A stretch of 64,000 nt of DNA from Octopus bimaculoides (GCF_001194135.2 NC_068984.1:31400172-31464171), one strand, 5' to 3'; counted from the first letter of the stretch, positions 1 through 13,590 are shown. Program-made: numbers and translations. Notes: generated from the sequence alone by a model not told the origin.

Positions 1-728
1 ATGATTAAAACATGTCAATCCGAAGAAATTTTCTCAAAGAATCTTTAAAAGTTACGCTATGCTAATGCTAGCCACCACGTCATACATTTTCGTTATTTTT
101 TTTCTGCTAACAACTTCATGACAGACCGTCTTCCTTTTTTCCCTTTGTGACAACTTCATTCCACAGCAACGGAATTCACATACATGAAATATTATTTCCC
201 TCTCTTTGTATGTACGTAACTTTACTTCACTATCTCTCTTTCTCTATCATCTACATGACTACTTTCCTTTTCAGAGAGAAAAAGAGGGAGAGAGAGATTA
301 AAAAAGTGTCTGAAGAAGGAAGAAAAATCGAGAGTTGAAAATTATACAAAATTTTATGCACATTATCATTATGTATTTAAGAAAATTTCTTTATCTCATA
401 CAGCTTTTCAATCCTTTTGATTCTTTTTGTTACCTACTATTATTCCCTTTTCTGTCTCCTATGTCATTACGAAGTCTATTGGCTTATATTATTTAATGCA
501 CTTTTTCATTTTTAATGTGGTAGGGTCTGATCTGAGAGATTTAGCTTCATCAGATTTCATTTTCAGTGTTTGATTCATGTGTGATGAAAATATTGGGGAG
601 GATTTGGAAAAACGGAATAAAGTTAGATTGCAGGTTTATGTATTTCACAGCTATAATGATAGGAAATGAAGGTAAATGGCACAAACGTTTTAGTATTATA
701 GCAAAAACCACCATGTTGTTTTAAAGAA

Positions 729-1015
729 CATCATCATCATCGTCGTTTAACGTCCGCTTTCCATGCTAGCATGGGTTGGACGATTTGACTGAGGCGTGGT
801 GGACCAGGAGACGACACCAGGCTCCAATCTGATTTGGCAGAGTTTCTACAGCTGGATGCCCTTCTTAACGCCAACCACTCCGAGAGTGTAGTGGGTGCTT
901 TTACGTGCCACCGGCACGATGGCCAGTCGGGCGGTACTGGCGACGGCCACGCTCGAAATGGTGTATTTTACGTGCCACCTGCACAGGATCCAGTCCATCG
1001 GCACTGGCAATGATC
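729..1015 (-). mobile_element. RTE-clade LINE 3' end (3' UTR plus (GAT)n tail), young copy
   Basis: Starts catcatcatcatcgtcgtttaacgtccgctttccatgctagcatggg. The same sequence is joined to an RTE ORF C-terminus at 50121-50630, and a related tail ends the RTE at 31317-33370. Confidence 0.8.
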
Positions 1016-1711
1016 AAAAATATGGAACGCTTTACGAATATGCGTGTCAATCCTTGCGCAGGGACCATGCTAATTTTCTCTGTATTGTTCCAATTTTAGT
1101 ATATGTATTGCCTATCTTAAGATAATAAAGAACTTTGAACCTGTGGTTTCATTTCAAAGATAGACATGTGTATTGCTCCCAGTCTCTGTATGTTTCACCA
1201 TCATCATAATGACCTCTATTTCCTAGAGTCTCAATTTCTCTCCACTAATGCACTTCTGGCTCACATTCAACTTACTTGTCTATTCTCATCAACAATGTTG
1301 TTCCTATAACCCTCCTAAACCTCCCATTAACTACCATGGTCAATCCTTCCTCCACAGAATGTTAGACAACAGGAATATCCTTCCTACAAATGTTACATTG
1401 CAACTGTCTAAGCAGAACGTAAATGGCATCAGTTTCTCTTAGAGGGTTTTATGTGAACTACCTTTCCCTTCAGATCCAGAAAGAAAAAAAAATGTAGGGA
1501 ATTTATTGCAGTGAGATTTGGCCAGAACACTTCAACAACTCAACCAACTTTATTTCAATTTTCTTGTTACCATGGATATAAAATTGATTTGAAACACAAT
1601 CTGAAAGAATATAGATTTGCTTTGTTTGAATATTCACATCAAAGTAGGATACATTCACTGAAAAATTAGGATACTGTGAGATTCATGCCTTTCTTTAAAG
1701 AAATATTTACA

Positions 1712-1871
1712 GATGCAGGAGTTGTTGTGGTAAGTAGCTTGCTTACCAACCACACGATTCCAGGCTCAGTCCTACTACGTGGCACCTTAGGCAAGTATCT
1801 TTTACTATAGCCTTGGGTCAACTAAAGTCTTGTGGGTAGATTTGGTAGACAGAAACTAAAAGAAGCCCATC

Positions 1872-1905
<34 letters not shown>

Positions 1906-2059
1906 CTGTGTTTACGTCCCCATAAGTTAGCAGTTTAGCAAAAGAGACTCGTAGAATAAGTACTAGGTTTACAAAGAATAAGTCCTGGGGTTGATTTGCT
2001 CAACTAAAGGTGGTGCTCCAGCATGGCCACAGTCAAATGACTGAAACAAACGAAAGAAT
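1712..2059 (+). mobile_element. tRNA-derived SINE family A (CORE-like body, internal TA/TG microsatellite)
   Basis: Colinear with the copy at 39469-39903: tggtaagtagcttgctt head, ggcacctt(a/g)ggcaag body, ggtgctccagcatggccacagtcaaatgactgaaacaa tail. Confidence 0.85.
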
Positions 2060-3237
2060 GTGATTTGTAGCTCAATTGAAATAACCAACAGGTGAGATTT
2101 AAATTTGCTTTTTAAAACACAGTTTACTAGGAGCTTCCTATATCTTTTCAACACATATCTATGTTCAAAGTATAAATCTTGTTCTCTCTACACAAAACCA
2201 AATTTTGTTGAGAATGAATATCATTGAATAGATCAACCCAATATATCATTGGTAATTAATTCAAGTCTGGAGAGATGAATGGCAATGTTACCTTTGTATG
2301 TGATATGGTGACTGGCATGGTACTAGATAAAACATTTACACAGCATATAGTTCAACATTCTACTATTTCTGTCAAATCACTACCATGAATTTTAAAAAAT
2401 CATTTATATGTTAAGTGCTGTTGGTTTTAATTTAATATTTGAAGTTTGAAGTTCTCATTATCAACTTCCACTTTGGTATTTTGAGTTTAGCTGATTAATT
2501 TATTTTATTGCTTTGCTTTCACATTTATTATCATTTTTGTTTTGATAATATTTTTCAGAATACCAATTTAATTCATTAGGTTTTCAGATTTATGTCATTG
2601 CAAATTGTTAGATCAGTGATAGCGTAAAAATGATGTAAATTGAAAAATGAAAAATGAAAATAATAACCTATGAACAAAACTGACTTGTGTAATAAAACAA
2701 AAAAAAAATACAACCAATAATCGTGGTGGTTGTGGTGAGGATGTTGATAATTGTAAAACTAATAATATTGATGAGGGGGAGGATTATCGTCGTCGTCGTC
2801 ATCATTATCATCGTTGTCATAGTGGATCTTAAGATCCATGATCATTCATTTTTTATCCTTATGAAATTATATGACAGTGGTTCTGAGACTGTGAACTACA
2901 TGCCTGACAAGATCAAGACCTCCTTGTAAATCTATCATTCACTTGGTCTCAATTATAAAACTACAGCTAACAAGACATGTTAATTCTCATGAATGCCATT
3001 TCATTATACCATGATTAACCTCTATCAAAACTGTTTTCAAACTTGTCAATACAACAATTTCCACAGGACATGAGTTGCATAGTTATATAAATTAAAAGGA
3101 ATCTTATCATAGTGCCTATCTCATTATTAAAATCTTTCTGCATATGAAAAACAAGCATCAGCACATCTACTTTGATTTATTTCACATTTTAAGTATTTAG
3201 TCAAAGAAGAAAGTGTAGTGTTTGTGGTCTTTTTCAG

Positions 3238-3311
3238 GATTCTGAGGTTGCTGAAAGAAGGGATGCAGTTATACTCTGACAGGAGAATTGGCCTGAATGT
3301 TGCTACATTGG
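3238..3311 (+). CDS. Candidate internal exon, unverified: ILRLLKEGMQLYSDRRIGLNVATL, phase 2 to 1
   Basis: Acceptor tggtctttttcag, donor TGG/gtatat. Only one frame is open. No recognised homology. Confidence 0.2.
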
Positions 3312-3604
3312 GTATATTCTTTTAACAGTACCCAAGGGCTAGGTGGGGATGTAAAACTGGACAATTGATTAAGGCTGCCTTCAAAGAACAGCTGCAGCAC
3401 CTTGTCACACAGCTTATGTTGCCCATTTTTCTTCCTGAAGCTTGAACTGAAAATTGTTAGAAAACAATTTCCATGTTGTCATGCAGTAGGATTGATCCCC
3501 AGATCACATACTTGCAGCACAAATTTTGGATCATTACAGCCATGCTTCTATTCTTGTTGAGTTAAAGTGAAATAACAAGTTTTCCTATCCCATTATTGCT
3601 TTTG

Positions 3605-3822
3605 TATGAGGGGTTGATGTAAATTTCCTGGCTTTAAGGGTATTGTGAAAGATCTGGCTGGAGGCCCAAACTTCTGAGCTATTTTAAAGGGCTTAGAAAA
3701 ACTGAGGGACCACTGCAATAAGCATGTGAATCGGAGAGAATATGTTGGATAAAATTCATAATTAACTGATCTTCTTGTATTTTATTTTACCCAAAGCTAG
3801 GAACTTTTCAGCTCCTCTTGTA
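3605..3822. mobile_element. Non-autonomous mariner-type MITE
   Basis: Imperfect terminal inverted repeats (tatgaggggttgatgtaaatttcctggcttt ... aaagctaggaacttttcagctcctcttgta) with TA at both ends. Confidence 0.6.
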
Positions 3823-4977
3823 TTATGTGCCTGACCAAGAAACAAATTAAAGCCAGGTAGCTGTAATGATTCAACTTGGAAAGGTTGCATAATAAGCTTT
3901 TTAAGACCATCGTCTTAAATAGTGACAGAACTGTACATTTAACTATTGTTTCATTAGTTTGTGTTGTCTTTTTTGGTCATTGAACAGATATTAAAGCAAC
4001 TGAAAGCCACATAAGGTTTATTTGTGAACAAATTTTAGTGGGCCATACCTATCATATAACATGAAGTAATTTTATACAGTATGTTTTGTAACTTTAACTT
4101 TCTTATTTTAACTCTCTAACTTTTCTAGATTTTTCAGTAGCATCATATTCTAGGGTGATAAACAAATTGAGAAGAACATTGTATTTCTGGATCTAGCCAC
4201 GAATTATAGTAATTAGGAGAAAATGAGATTATTAAACATGGCTGAGTGTTTTATGTTGAGGGTTGGAAAATAGTAGGAGGCTTCAGTTTCAGATATGACT
4301 TACATGATAAAGGGCAAGAAGCATTCTTATTTGTCAAAATCGCTGAGTCCATTCTGCAAATAAAGACAGCATCATTGATAATCATAACAGTCAAAGGGAA
4401 CCATCATCAAGCAGCTCAAAATATGTACAGTCCACTAACAAATGCGTAATGCATGAAGACAGCAGGTGTAAGTCCTATATGGTCATGTTTGGAAAGACTT
4501 GAGCTCATGTGAACCTCATCATCAAAAGCAGAACAGATACAAACCCTACATAATGAGTAGAGGAGCATTCATGTCAGGTAAAATCTGGAAGAACCTTGGG
4601 ATCATGTGAACCTCATTCTGTTGCTTCTTAACCCTCTTCATTTGAAAAACCCTTAACTGCTCCAAGCGGGATGTCTCTACGGTGTCAAAGATCTGCTGGG
4701 TTAAGGGAGTTACCATTGGGCTTGTGGTGGGTAGTATGAGCAATGGACACCTAATTCTGGCATGCACTTGCTCTTGTGTCATCACAACTGTCATTGGGCC
4801 GAGTGTGGTTTTATCGAATGGTCTATTTCCATGATGTATCTCACTGGAGAAATATTTCAGTTATTCATTATATATTTTTAATGTCTTTATATTTCTTAGT
4901 GTTTTGCTGTGTTCTTACTTGGCATACCATGAAAAAAATACATTGCATAGTTTGTATTCTTTCACACTTTCATCTCA

Positions 4978-5155
4978 GTTGCTGTTGTTGTTGTTGCTGT
5001 TAGCTTTAGATCAACCCTGATTAGACCAAAGTTATGATAAAAAACAATCCTGTTATGATCATCCCATATTATAAGGATTACATCAACTCCTGTGTCTTAC
5101 CTTATTTAACATGACATGGTGACTTAAGAGAATTGGCACTTATTGCTAACAGTTG
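4978..5155 (-). mobile_element. Degraded (CAA)n-tailed dispersed repeat, probable retroposon
   Basis: The gttgttgttg..ttagc tail resembles those at 10066, 41008-41037, 45242-45270 and about 58230. Confidence 0.4.
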
Positions 5156-6844
5156 AAACGCATAAAGCTCTCTTTCTGTAAGACTTCATTCCAGCCCTAC
5201 TTGGAAGTAATAAAATATACAAACTGCTATTGCTAGTATATCTAATATTTGGATCCAATAAAAGTAATAACTATGGTTATAAACTGGTTGAAATTGAATG
5301 TCTTTTCTATTGATTCTTAACTATTATGAATATATATGTAACATTCTAATTTCTTCCTTAGACTTAATGACAGTTTTATAACAAGGAGGAATAAAGCCAA
5401 TAAAATAGACACTAGTACATTGACGATTATTTCATTGAACCTATTGGGATGTAACTCAAGGTTTTTCATATTGGTATGAATGTAAGACTCAGTAAACACT
5501 GTATGATACTACAGTGTGTCCTACCAACTTTTTACTATTCAATAATGTTAGATATACATCACCAAATGAGATGTAGCTCTTCCTGTGATGTCATTTGTGA
5601 AGATGATACAGAATTACACACAAAGAAACATCTGTGATGAATACCACTAATTCAAAAGCTCCATGCACTTAAACTTTGGTTGAACATGTTTTAATTGTAT
5701 ATGATCAGAAAATTAAAATAAGACAAGAGTTACTTTCATATATGTATACTGTGATGTTTTAACAACTGAGCCATGACTCAATTTTATTATGACAATATCA
5801 AGACCAATTTCCCATTTTGTGAAGATATCAACCAAAAGAAAAATCATGAAATACAGGGAGAAGGAATACAATCCATTGATTTTCATTAATGATAGTTCAA
5901 TTAGTGACTCCACAAATTTTACATATTAATTTAAAAGATCCTGTAAAACCTATTTATATTGACCTCATAGACATGAATAATTCCAATCTATTCAAAATTT
6001 ATTCTGCGTTAACACCAAACTATGAAATAACTAAAATACTACTGACACCAAATAAAATAACACCAAACTAAAATGCTACTGCCAGTTCTGATGAATCTTT
6101 CTTAAAAGTTTCACTGGACATGAGAAATAACAATCTTTCATACATAAATGGATATTTCACGTGACAGTGTATTCTTTTGCCATTTATATTTCAGTGGAAA
6201 CGAAGCTAGAAGTTATTCCATTGATTTGATAAATTAACAACTGATTGAGATTACTAGTTAAAACATATATATTACTTTCATTTGTTATTATAGTGGCTGC
6301 TGCTGCTGTTGTTGGTGGTGGTGGTGAGAATAGTGATGATGATGGTGATGATATGATGATGATGTCAGTGTTGTTGCTGTTGTTTTTAATTTTCTTATAT
6401 CCTTTCCTGCACAAACTCATATATTTGAAAATTCAATACAAATAAGAGCAGCACAAGATATTCATTTCTCATGAAAAACATGATCTTAAGCATGACATGT
6501 AAAATGATGGTTACTTACTGGAACATATGTCAAGAAGGATGTCCAATCTACAGCCACAATATGTATACAATAATGTAATATTAATATATATATATATATA
6601 TATATATGTAAAATATTATATACATATATTTTATTGTGAATACCTATTTACTGACAGAGAATTAAGTCTGAATTCAGCTAAATTGAGTGGTCCCCACTGA
6701 AGAGGCTTCTACACCTGGATATGTCTCCATAAGCAATAAATCTCTTCTCAGGTGGGCCATGTTGCCCAATTCCTGATTTGAATGACTTTGCCAGGTGATG
6801 CTATTAAGTTAAGCCGATACTGGATGAAAACTATCAAAGTAAAT

Positions 6845-6879
<35 letters not shown>

Positions 6880-7334
6880 ATTTTATTCATATATATATTC
6901 TTTTACTTGTTTCAGTCATTTGACTGCAGCCATACTGGAGCATATGTATACATATATGTTACTAGTAAGGACGCAGTTTTTGTTTTGCCACTACCAATAT
7001 ACTACCATAATATACCAAAGGTTTACAAGTCATTATAGTCTTCCTTTTTGTGTTACATATGTATGTATATGAATAGAGTTCTTATAGAAAGAGAAAAAGA
7101 ATTGTAACCTCTTGTTCTCATCTAATTTCTGCTCTTGTGAATTGCCAATAGTATTGCCTCAAAACTTTTCTGGCTTGGACCGGAATTAAGGCTTAAAATG
7201 AAGAACAGATATAGTTAAGTCATGTTTATTTCATTTATATAGGTTTTGCTTGGCTGTGTCATATGAGATGTAACAATATACCACTGAGAAATGAAATACT
7301 GTTTTATATTTTACAGACAGTAAAAGAGTAAAAA

Positions 7335-7660
7335 ACCCCTTCGGTTTTGGATGACAAAGGGATTGCACCTGGAAAGTTACCCTCTGAGGAACAGGTCTGG
7401 GCAAAATTGTTTATAGAAGACCAACAGTCGGCCATGCATGTCAGCCTCCCCACACCACCAATATTATCCAAGGGAAAGGCAAAGGCCAATACAGCTTTGT
7501 ACCAGTAACGTCGCAACTCATTTCTACAGCTGAGTGAACTGGGGCAATGTGAAATAAGTGTCATGCTCAAGAACACAATACATAGCCCAATCTTGGAATT
7601 GAACTCGCTATCTCATGAGTGTGAGACTGACACTCTAATGACTGAGCCATGCACCTTCAC
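7335..7660 (-). mobile_element. tRNA-derived SINE family C
   Basis: Colinear with 49108-49452. The minus strand has a tRNA-like head (tggctcagtcattagag ... gagttcaattcc) followed by gtgttcttgagcatgacac. Confidence 0.8.
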
Positions 7661-7899
7661 AGAAAGTAATATGCATTGATAGAACATAATGTTTTATATT
7701 CGACAATTGATGAATCCAGAACAGCTTTTAGGGAAAGAAGCATCAAAATCTATAATGTAAAGAAATCTTGGACCCTATTAGAAATATGTCAGAATGTATG
7801 CAAACTTAATTCAAATAATTGTGATGTTGAGTTGAGTTGGTATAGTCTTCTACTGTGTTCACTTCACAGAATTAACTAGCAAAACAATTAAGGCATCAT

Positions 7900-8440
7900 A
7901 AGTTAATGTATTGTAGTGGAGATTCAAAACCTAACTGCTGGATACTTGGACTGATACCACGAGTGAACCACTACAGTTTCACGTGATTGATCCATAAGTT
8001 GACCAGTCTGTGTAAGGCTGTGGTTTACTTCAATGTTCTAAAATTTGACATTTTGTCCATTATAAAAACTGTTTTTAATGCTAAACTAATTGCAGAGTGT
8101 AGAAGGTGGCTAATTATTTCATTCACCTCATCTCTTACCATGGAGATGGTTCTGGACATCTGTGCAGACAACTCCTGGTTCTCAGACAGACTGAAAGGAA
8201 CAGTTACACAATGTCTCATATGTGACTTCTATGGATATGGTGAGTTTTACCTCTCTAACCCATTCAGCAGTTATTAATATTGTTCATTGTAGTTTGACGA
8301 TGCGAAATATCTTTATGGCCAGTAATAAATATTTCAGTTAAATGTTTGTGAGTTTACTGAAGCTATTGCTCATACAGCCAGCGAAATACTTCTTTGTTGT
8401 TCAGCTCATCACAAGGGACAAGCAACACCAGGCAACAATA
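7900..8440 (-). mobile_element. Highly decayed hAT-like (Charlie/SPIN-type) transposase fragment
   Basis: Minus-strand translation SAISLALKTVFIMDKMSNFRTLK*TTALHRLVNLWINHVKL*WFTRG resembles the hAT NFIK..ALNHRLF...RWLSRG block. Similarity judged by eye only. Confidence 0.3.
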
Positions 8441-9084
8441 CTATATCAGTAAAACAAGGTTTTCTTTTGTTTTCTTAACAAAATGCCAGAGATGCTGGGT
8501 TACAATTGTTTTAATTTATCCTAGCGATGTATATTACGGGTTATTTGGTTCTTCCAAAAGTCAGTGTAGCCTTCATGGAAGTCTATCAGGACTCAGGCTC
8601 AGAAATATGAATAGATATCAGTTCTAGATTGAGGATAAAGATGCTTTTTTTCTTTATATGAGTGTTTTTGGAGAACTTTCCTGCCATCAATAGCTTTAGT
8701 GTTTGCTGTCAATTGGTCTCAGATATAAGCATAGCTCAAATGTATATATATTGTATTGGTGCTTAGTTTGTAAATTTATAAAGCTGGTCTCAATTATCCA
8801 GAGTGCTTTGGAAAGCTGAGTATTAATGTGAGTCTTAGAAACATACATTATTGTTTCAAAAGAAAAAAAATCATGTCTGGAGAACTGGAGAAAAAGTTGT
8901 CTAGTATATCAGAAGTTACTATGCAGCTGAATAGAATCTATAACAAAAATAAGAAGATTATAAACATGTCTTTATCAAATATTGACAAAACATATAAAAT
9001 GCTCCTGATCTTTATTGACTTATATTGATTCTACATGCAGTATTATTGTGTGAAAGAAATGATTGTCAGAAAATTCTTTTGCAG

Positions 9085-9121
9085 AAGTTTTCAGCAACAA
9101 TTATGCAATTGTTCTTCAAAG
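9085..9121 (+). CDS. Candidate micro-exon, unverified: (E)VFSNNYAIVLQ, phase 1 to 2
   Basis: Acceptor aattcttttgcag, donor AAG/gtaatt. Phase-compatible with 3238-3311. Confidence 0.2.
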
Positions 9122-10065
9122 GTAATTTGACCTTTGGCAAAATATTTGAAATAATATATTCAGTTTTACAACAGAAGTGGAATTTTCAAGTCAATACTTT
9201 AGAGATATGGAATAGTTATTTTTTTCTTTTTTTCTTAAAAAGAAACATCTTAAGCAGAATTGGTATCTTTGTATAAGACTATTTAAAGAGTAGGTAGTGA
9301 AAAAGTAGTTATAGATTTGACGAATAATCCTTTGAAACAATGCCAAAGAATTTCTTGATTGAATTCATTTAAAATCTAGAATTTATGGCCTCAAATGCTT
9401 TGCCTATATATTTAGAGTACTGATTATCATAATATAGTCTTCATGGTATACTTAATATGAAATTTGTCATACTAATTTTGGTTATTTATTTCTTTAGCTT
9501 GTTTTATCTGTTATCACTAAGGCCATTCTGGATCACTGTCTTCAAAGTTGAATTTTCTCTGTTGCTTGTGTCATGTTAGTTTTATTCAAGGAACCCATTA
9601 GCTTTGTTGTGTTTTCCAATTTATGCAGCATCTCTTATTCATAAATTAATGCAGTTGTGCAAAAAGAAACAAAAGCAACAGAATCAGTCAATATGAATGA
9701 TGTCCCCAGCAGAAACTCAGGTTGGAGTTCAGCCAGAATCTAAGTTAAACGACAACCATCAGTGTCATTTAATACCTTTGAGCTGGATCTCAAATAAATT
9801 GTCAAATTGATTCTCACAGCCTACTGAAACATATCAGCACTTAATTACTTCTTTGAAAGCTGCATCATAGATTATATGAAATAAATGTCCTAATTAAACA
9901 ATAGATAATGGCATATATTCAATGTCGTTTGTATTAGATTTATCAATTCTGCATGCAAATACAGGCAAAAATACACCTGTATGCAAATGTATGCATATGC
10001 ATGTACACATTCAAACATGCACGTGAACATACAGACATGCAAAAAATTGAAATATCTTATGATGA

Positions 10066-10500
10066 TGTTGTTGTTGTTTAGCCCTGCTCACCCCTAATTG
10101 AGCAGAATAATGATTAAAGGTGTTCAAGCCATGTCTATCCTGTTTTTATTTAAAGTATGATATATCCTCAGTCAAATCGTCCAACCCATGCTAGCATGGA
10201 AAGCGGACGTTAAACGATGATGATGATATCCAGGACTACATGTATTTCTTTCTTTTTAAAATTGGTGTGTTGATATGAGGGTTATTAGGCTATTTTTAGC
10301 AGGTCAGGAACCATGTAAAGGCCTCTTCATTTGCTCTTCTTGACATTAACACCAGCTCAATCTTGATTGAATATTTATATAATCAAAGGTAATTCTGCCA
10401 TTACAATTCTGTCTATTTTTCTGATGTAGCTTATCAAGGACTGCATTATCCAATGTGTCCTTTCTATTTCAAAAAACGATATGAAAGATATGTGGCTCTC
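10066..10500 (-). mobile_element. (CAA)n-tailed repeat interrupted by a short RTE tail insertion
   Basis: gttgttgttgtttagccc tail. The body resumes after 10228 (atccaggactacat ... cattatccaatgtgtcc, also seen near 14250-14285). Confidence 0.4.
10166..10228 (+). mobile_element. Extremely 5'-truncated young RTE tail
   Basis: 50 bp are the exact reverse complement of 745-794 and 50141-50190, followed by gatgatgat. Confidence 0.85.
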
Positions 10501-11599
10501 TATTTCTGGCAAGTTGAATGATGACATACAGGCTCCATTATTGGATGTAAATACCTAACAATATCATGGTAGCAATGTTGGATATATTTTTTCTTGATGT
10601 AGAGAGACAGGAGCAATTCATTCTGATGAATTTCAGGCTATTCCAGATAATTAAATTTGCTAAGACTTACAAGCATGTCGCATAAAGAGAAAGGAAACAA
10701 ATAAAGTAGGGAATGAAAGCTGTGTCACAGATACGGACTCAATGAATTGTTATAAACATTTAATCCCCCTCCTTCTCTCTCAAACACACAGGCATATTCA
10801 AGGTATCTTACACGCAGGTTATTATATTCTTAAACAGCTACAGATTTATTTAGGAGAATAGTTTGTTGAACACCCTTTATGATGCATATTTGCATTACTA
10901 ATAAGGGAAAATTTGGCAGTCATTCTAGTGTTGGATAGAATGTCTTGTTATTTGTTCTAACTGACCATGTTCTGATTTCAACTCCTGTCAAACTCAATCT
11001 AACTTTTAACCTTTCACATTTCACTATCAATCCAGGGCAGGAGAATAATAAAACTGTTAGAAAGGCAGACCAGATGCATTGCACTATTTGTTCTGAATTT
11101 TTACATTTGAAGTTCAAATCCTGTTATGGTCTACTTGCATGGTTCAACACCATCACTTGGCATCTTCAGTGTCCATAGCAGACACTACTCTGTTGGAAGC
11201 ATTTGAAGATATTTTCCTCCATTTCTCCTCATAAGTCATGGAGGCTTGATAGAGAGTCATGGGCACTACCTCAACTCCAGATTAAAAGAATTTAAAAAAT
11301 AAAAAATAGAAGGAAAAGGAAAAACAAAGTCAGTCTCAACAAGATTTGAGCTTAGAATGCACAAACATTCTTGAAAGTAATTTAATTTAGTATGATAGTA
11401 TTTTTTCTATCCTCTTCTCTCCTTTTTCATTTGTCTCTAAGAATGCAACAGCTATGAAGTAGCCATGCTAGATATGAAGAAGTAGATGAGAATTCTCTGA
11501 TGTGTACTCAGTGTAAACTAATGACTTCTTAATAGATAAAGTTAGATCTCAGACAGGCTGACTGAGAAGAAGGGTTTCATATTTAACATTTTCCATCAG

Positions 11600-11830
11600 A
11601 AGCATATATGAAATGAAATCTTTCAACCAGCCAGAAGGCTTGCTGAAAGTAGTTGATTGCAAAAGAATAATAGTTAGTATAGAGTTTGTTTTTGGAAAAA
11701 GAAAGTTCAGGGCACAGATGACAATAAAGGGTTTTGTGTATATTATCATGCCAATGAGTGAACCTAAACATTGTCATTTTATCAGCTAGGAATTGCTGTA
11801 AAACCATTCTCAAAGCACATACCTCTGGTT
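11600..11830 (-). mobile_element. Possible decayed hAT N-terminal (TTF zinc-finger-like) fragment
   Basis: FRFTHWHDNIHKTLYCHLC loosely resembles the F.WL.Y......FC..C motif. Weak. Confidence 0.2.
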
Positions 11831-12019
11831 TGAATAGGAAGAACACAATGGAAAATGTAGTTTGGAGAACACAATACCTGTGAAAAGACAAGATAGTAAT
11901 TCAGAGCTGACCTGAAGCTTTACAAAAGCAAAGAAAGGATTCTTTTTCTGACTGAAGGGCATATTTTAAAATGCTTGTGTATGAAGTATGATGTTGTGTA
12001 GAAACAAGTCATGGGTATT

Positions 12020-12410
12020 GAATTATGAGGAAGGTATTTAGGCTGGAAAGAAATGTAGTATGTTCTATTGGGTGTATAATGTCAATGCTCATAAACAAGA
12101 GAGTAGAGATGTGCAGTGACAAAACGATAAGTAACAAAAGAATCTGCTGTTGTATGCCAGTTAGAAGACTGTGTTTGCATGGATATATAATGTATATGAA
12201 AGGTAACATTTGGATGAAGAAGTGCTCTTCAATTCTGTTAAGATGGGCCAGTTGGAGAAGACAACTGAAGGAAAAGTGTTGAAGTCTGATTTCATGATAC
12301 TGGACATACTGACAAACTGCAACAAGTGGTAGGATGCTGTGATAGAGAGGACAATCCAACTAATGTAAGCATGATGAAACAGACGTGAAAAGCTGATGAT
12401 GATGGTTACA
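12020..12410 (+). mobile_element. Decayed RTE LINE ORF C-terminus and tail
   Basis: RRLCLHGYIMYMKGNIWMKKC matches the RTE RRLRWYGHVMRM...WVKKC motif. Ends in gatgatgatg. Confidence 0.7.
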
Positions 12411-12904
12411 TACTTGTAAAGGTATGAGCGTATGAATATACAAACATATTTTTGCTGCTAGTCTGAAAAAGAAGTGGCAAAAAAAAAAAAAAACTATAAA
12501 TTCATCATATTTTGGTACTTAAAAAAATAACATTACCATTTGAAAACTTGTTTTAAGTTCTCTACATGGCAAATAATTATTTCAATTGTTTAGTTTAATC
12601 ATTTACATATATCTTTATATTTTTAAAAGTTGTTTATTATTATCATTATTATTATCATTATTATTATTATTTTCTCTTCATACATTTCTTATTACAGCAC
12701 AATGCAACCTTAAATTAATTGGTACCTTTATTTTTTTATTATAGAATATTCAAGGAAACCAATTTTGTTTCTGGTTTTCCTTAAAGGTTAAAAATAGATT
12801 AGTCTAATGTTAAAAGCAAATAAATATGTCTACAGTAGTTTGATTGGTGGGAGAGAAGGCGTAAGATAGAATACAATTTGCAAAGTCTTTGGATGAAGGG
12901 AAAA

Positions 12905-12971
12905 CATACACACACACAAACACACACACATAATATATATATGTGCATATATATGTATATGCGTGTGTGTG

Positions 12972-13006
<35 letters not shown>

Positions 13007-13057
13007 GGATACATGTATGTTTGTATATTTGTATGCATATCTATGTGTGTGTGTGTA
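12905..13057. repeat. Compound (CA)/(TA)/(TG) microsatellite
   Basis: Directly visible. Accounts for the overlapping CVCV/HTHT ORFs. Confidence 0.95.
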
Positions 13058-13377
13058 CAAAGGAGGAAATAAAAACTAAAGACAAAAGGAGAAACCATTT
13101 TTTGCTCTTTTTTATTTGCAAATTCTTTTTGTAATCATTATAAAATAACGCTCACTTGTAGTCATATTAAGAACAAAAGAAATAAAAAAAAAATACAGGA
13201 AAAGAAAGAAAAGTGAAAATACTCATCATTTTCTTTGTAAATTAGATTTTCTCAGTGGTATTGGCCATCAAAATTAAATATGTCAATACCAAATTTAGTT
13301 GTAGTTTTTTTCGACGTTTGAAAATATATTTTACAATAAACTGTCATTCACAAGCAAAATTAACAAGGAGCACCAAT

Positions 13378-13563
13378 GGTAATGATGATGATGATGATTA
13401 TGATGGTAATGGTGATGATTAAGTCAACAGTTTTGATGATGATTAAAAACTGTAATGTTGAAGCTGACAATACTAACAACAATAACAACGATGATGATGA
13501 TAATAGAAATGATAATGATGATGTTGATCTCAGTGATGATGATGATGTTGATAGTCATGATGA
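13378..13563. repeat. Degenerate (GAT)n/(AAC)n trinucleotide low-complexity tract
   Basis: Directly visible. Confidence 0.9.
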
Positions 13564-13590
13564 TTGTTTTATATAGTTATAAGTAATTAC

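Noticed and set aside
569-670. Possible plus-strand exon FDSCVMKILGRIWKNGIKLDCRFMYFTAIMIGNE with donor AAG/gtaaat
   Set aside because: Its phase-1 end gives a stop when joined to 3238. No homology; not distinguishable from chance.
6519-6547. 29 nt minus-strand exon candidate with a perfect gtaagt donor
   Set aside because: It has a stop in the frame needed to follow 13591, and is too short to support alone.
10604-10690. Plus-strand segment RQEQFILMNFRLFQIIKFAKTYKHVA
   Set aside because: No usable GT donor before the stop, and phase-incompatible with 9085-9121 as read.
12799-13134. Clusters of 60-140 aa ORFs such as CVCVCV, YIYIYI and HTHTHT (also near 15100, 27200, 46200, 48800, 52700, 55350 and 56150)
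   Set aside because: They are translations of dinucleotide and tetranucleotide microsatellites that lack stop codons.
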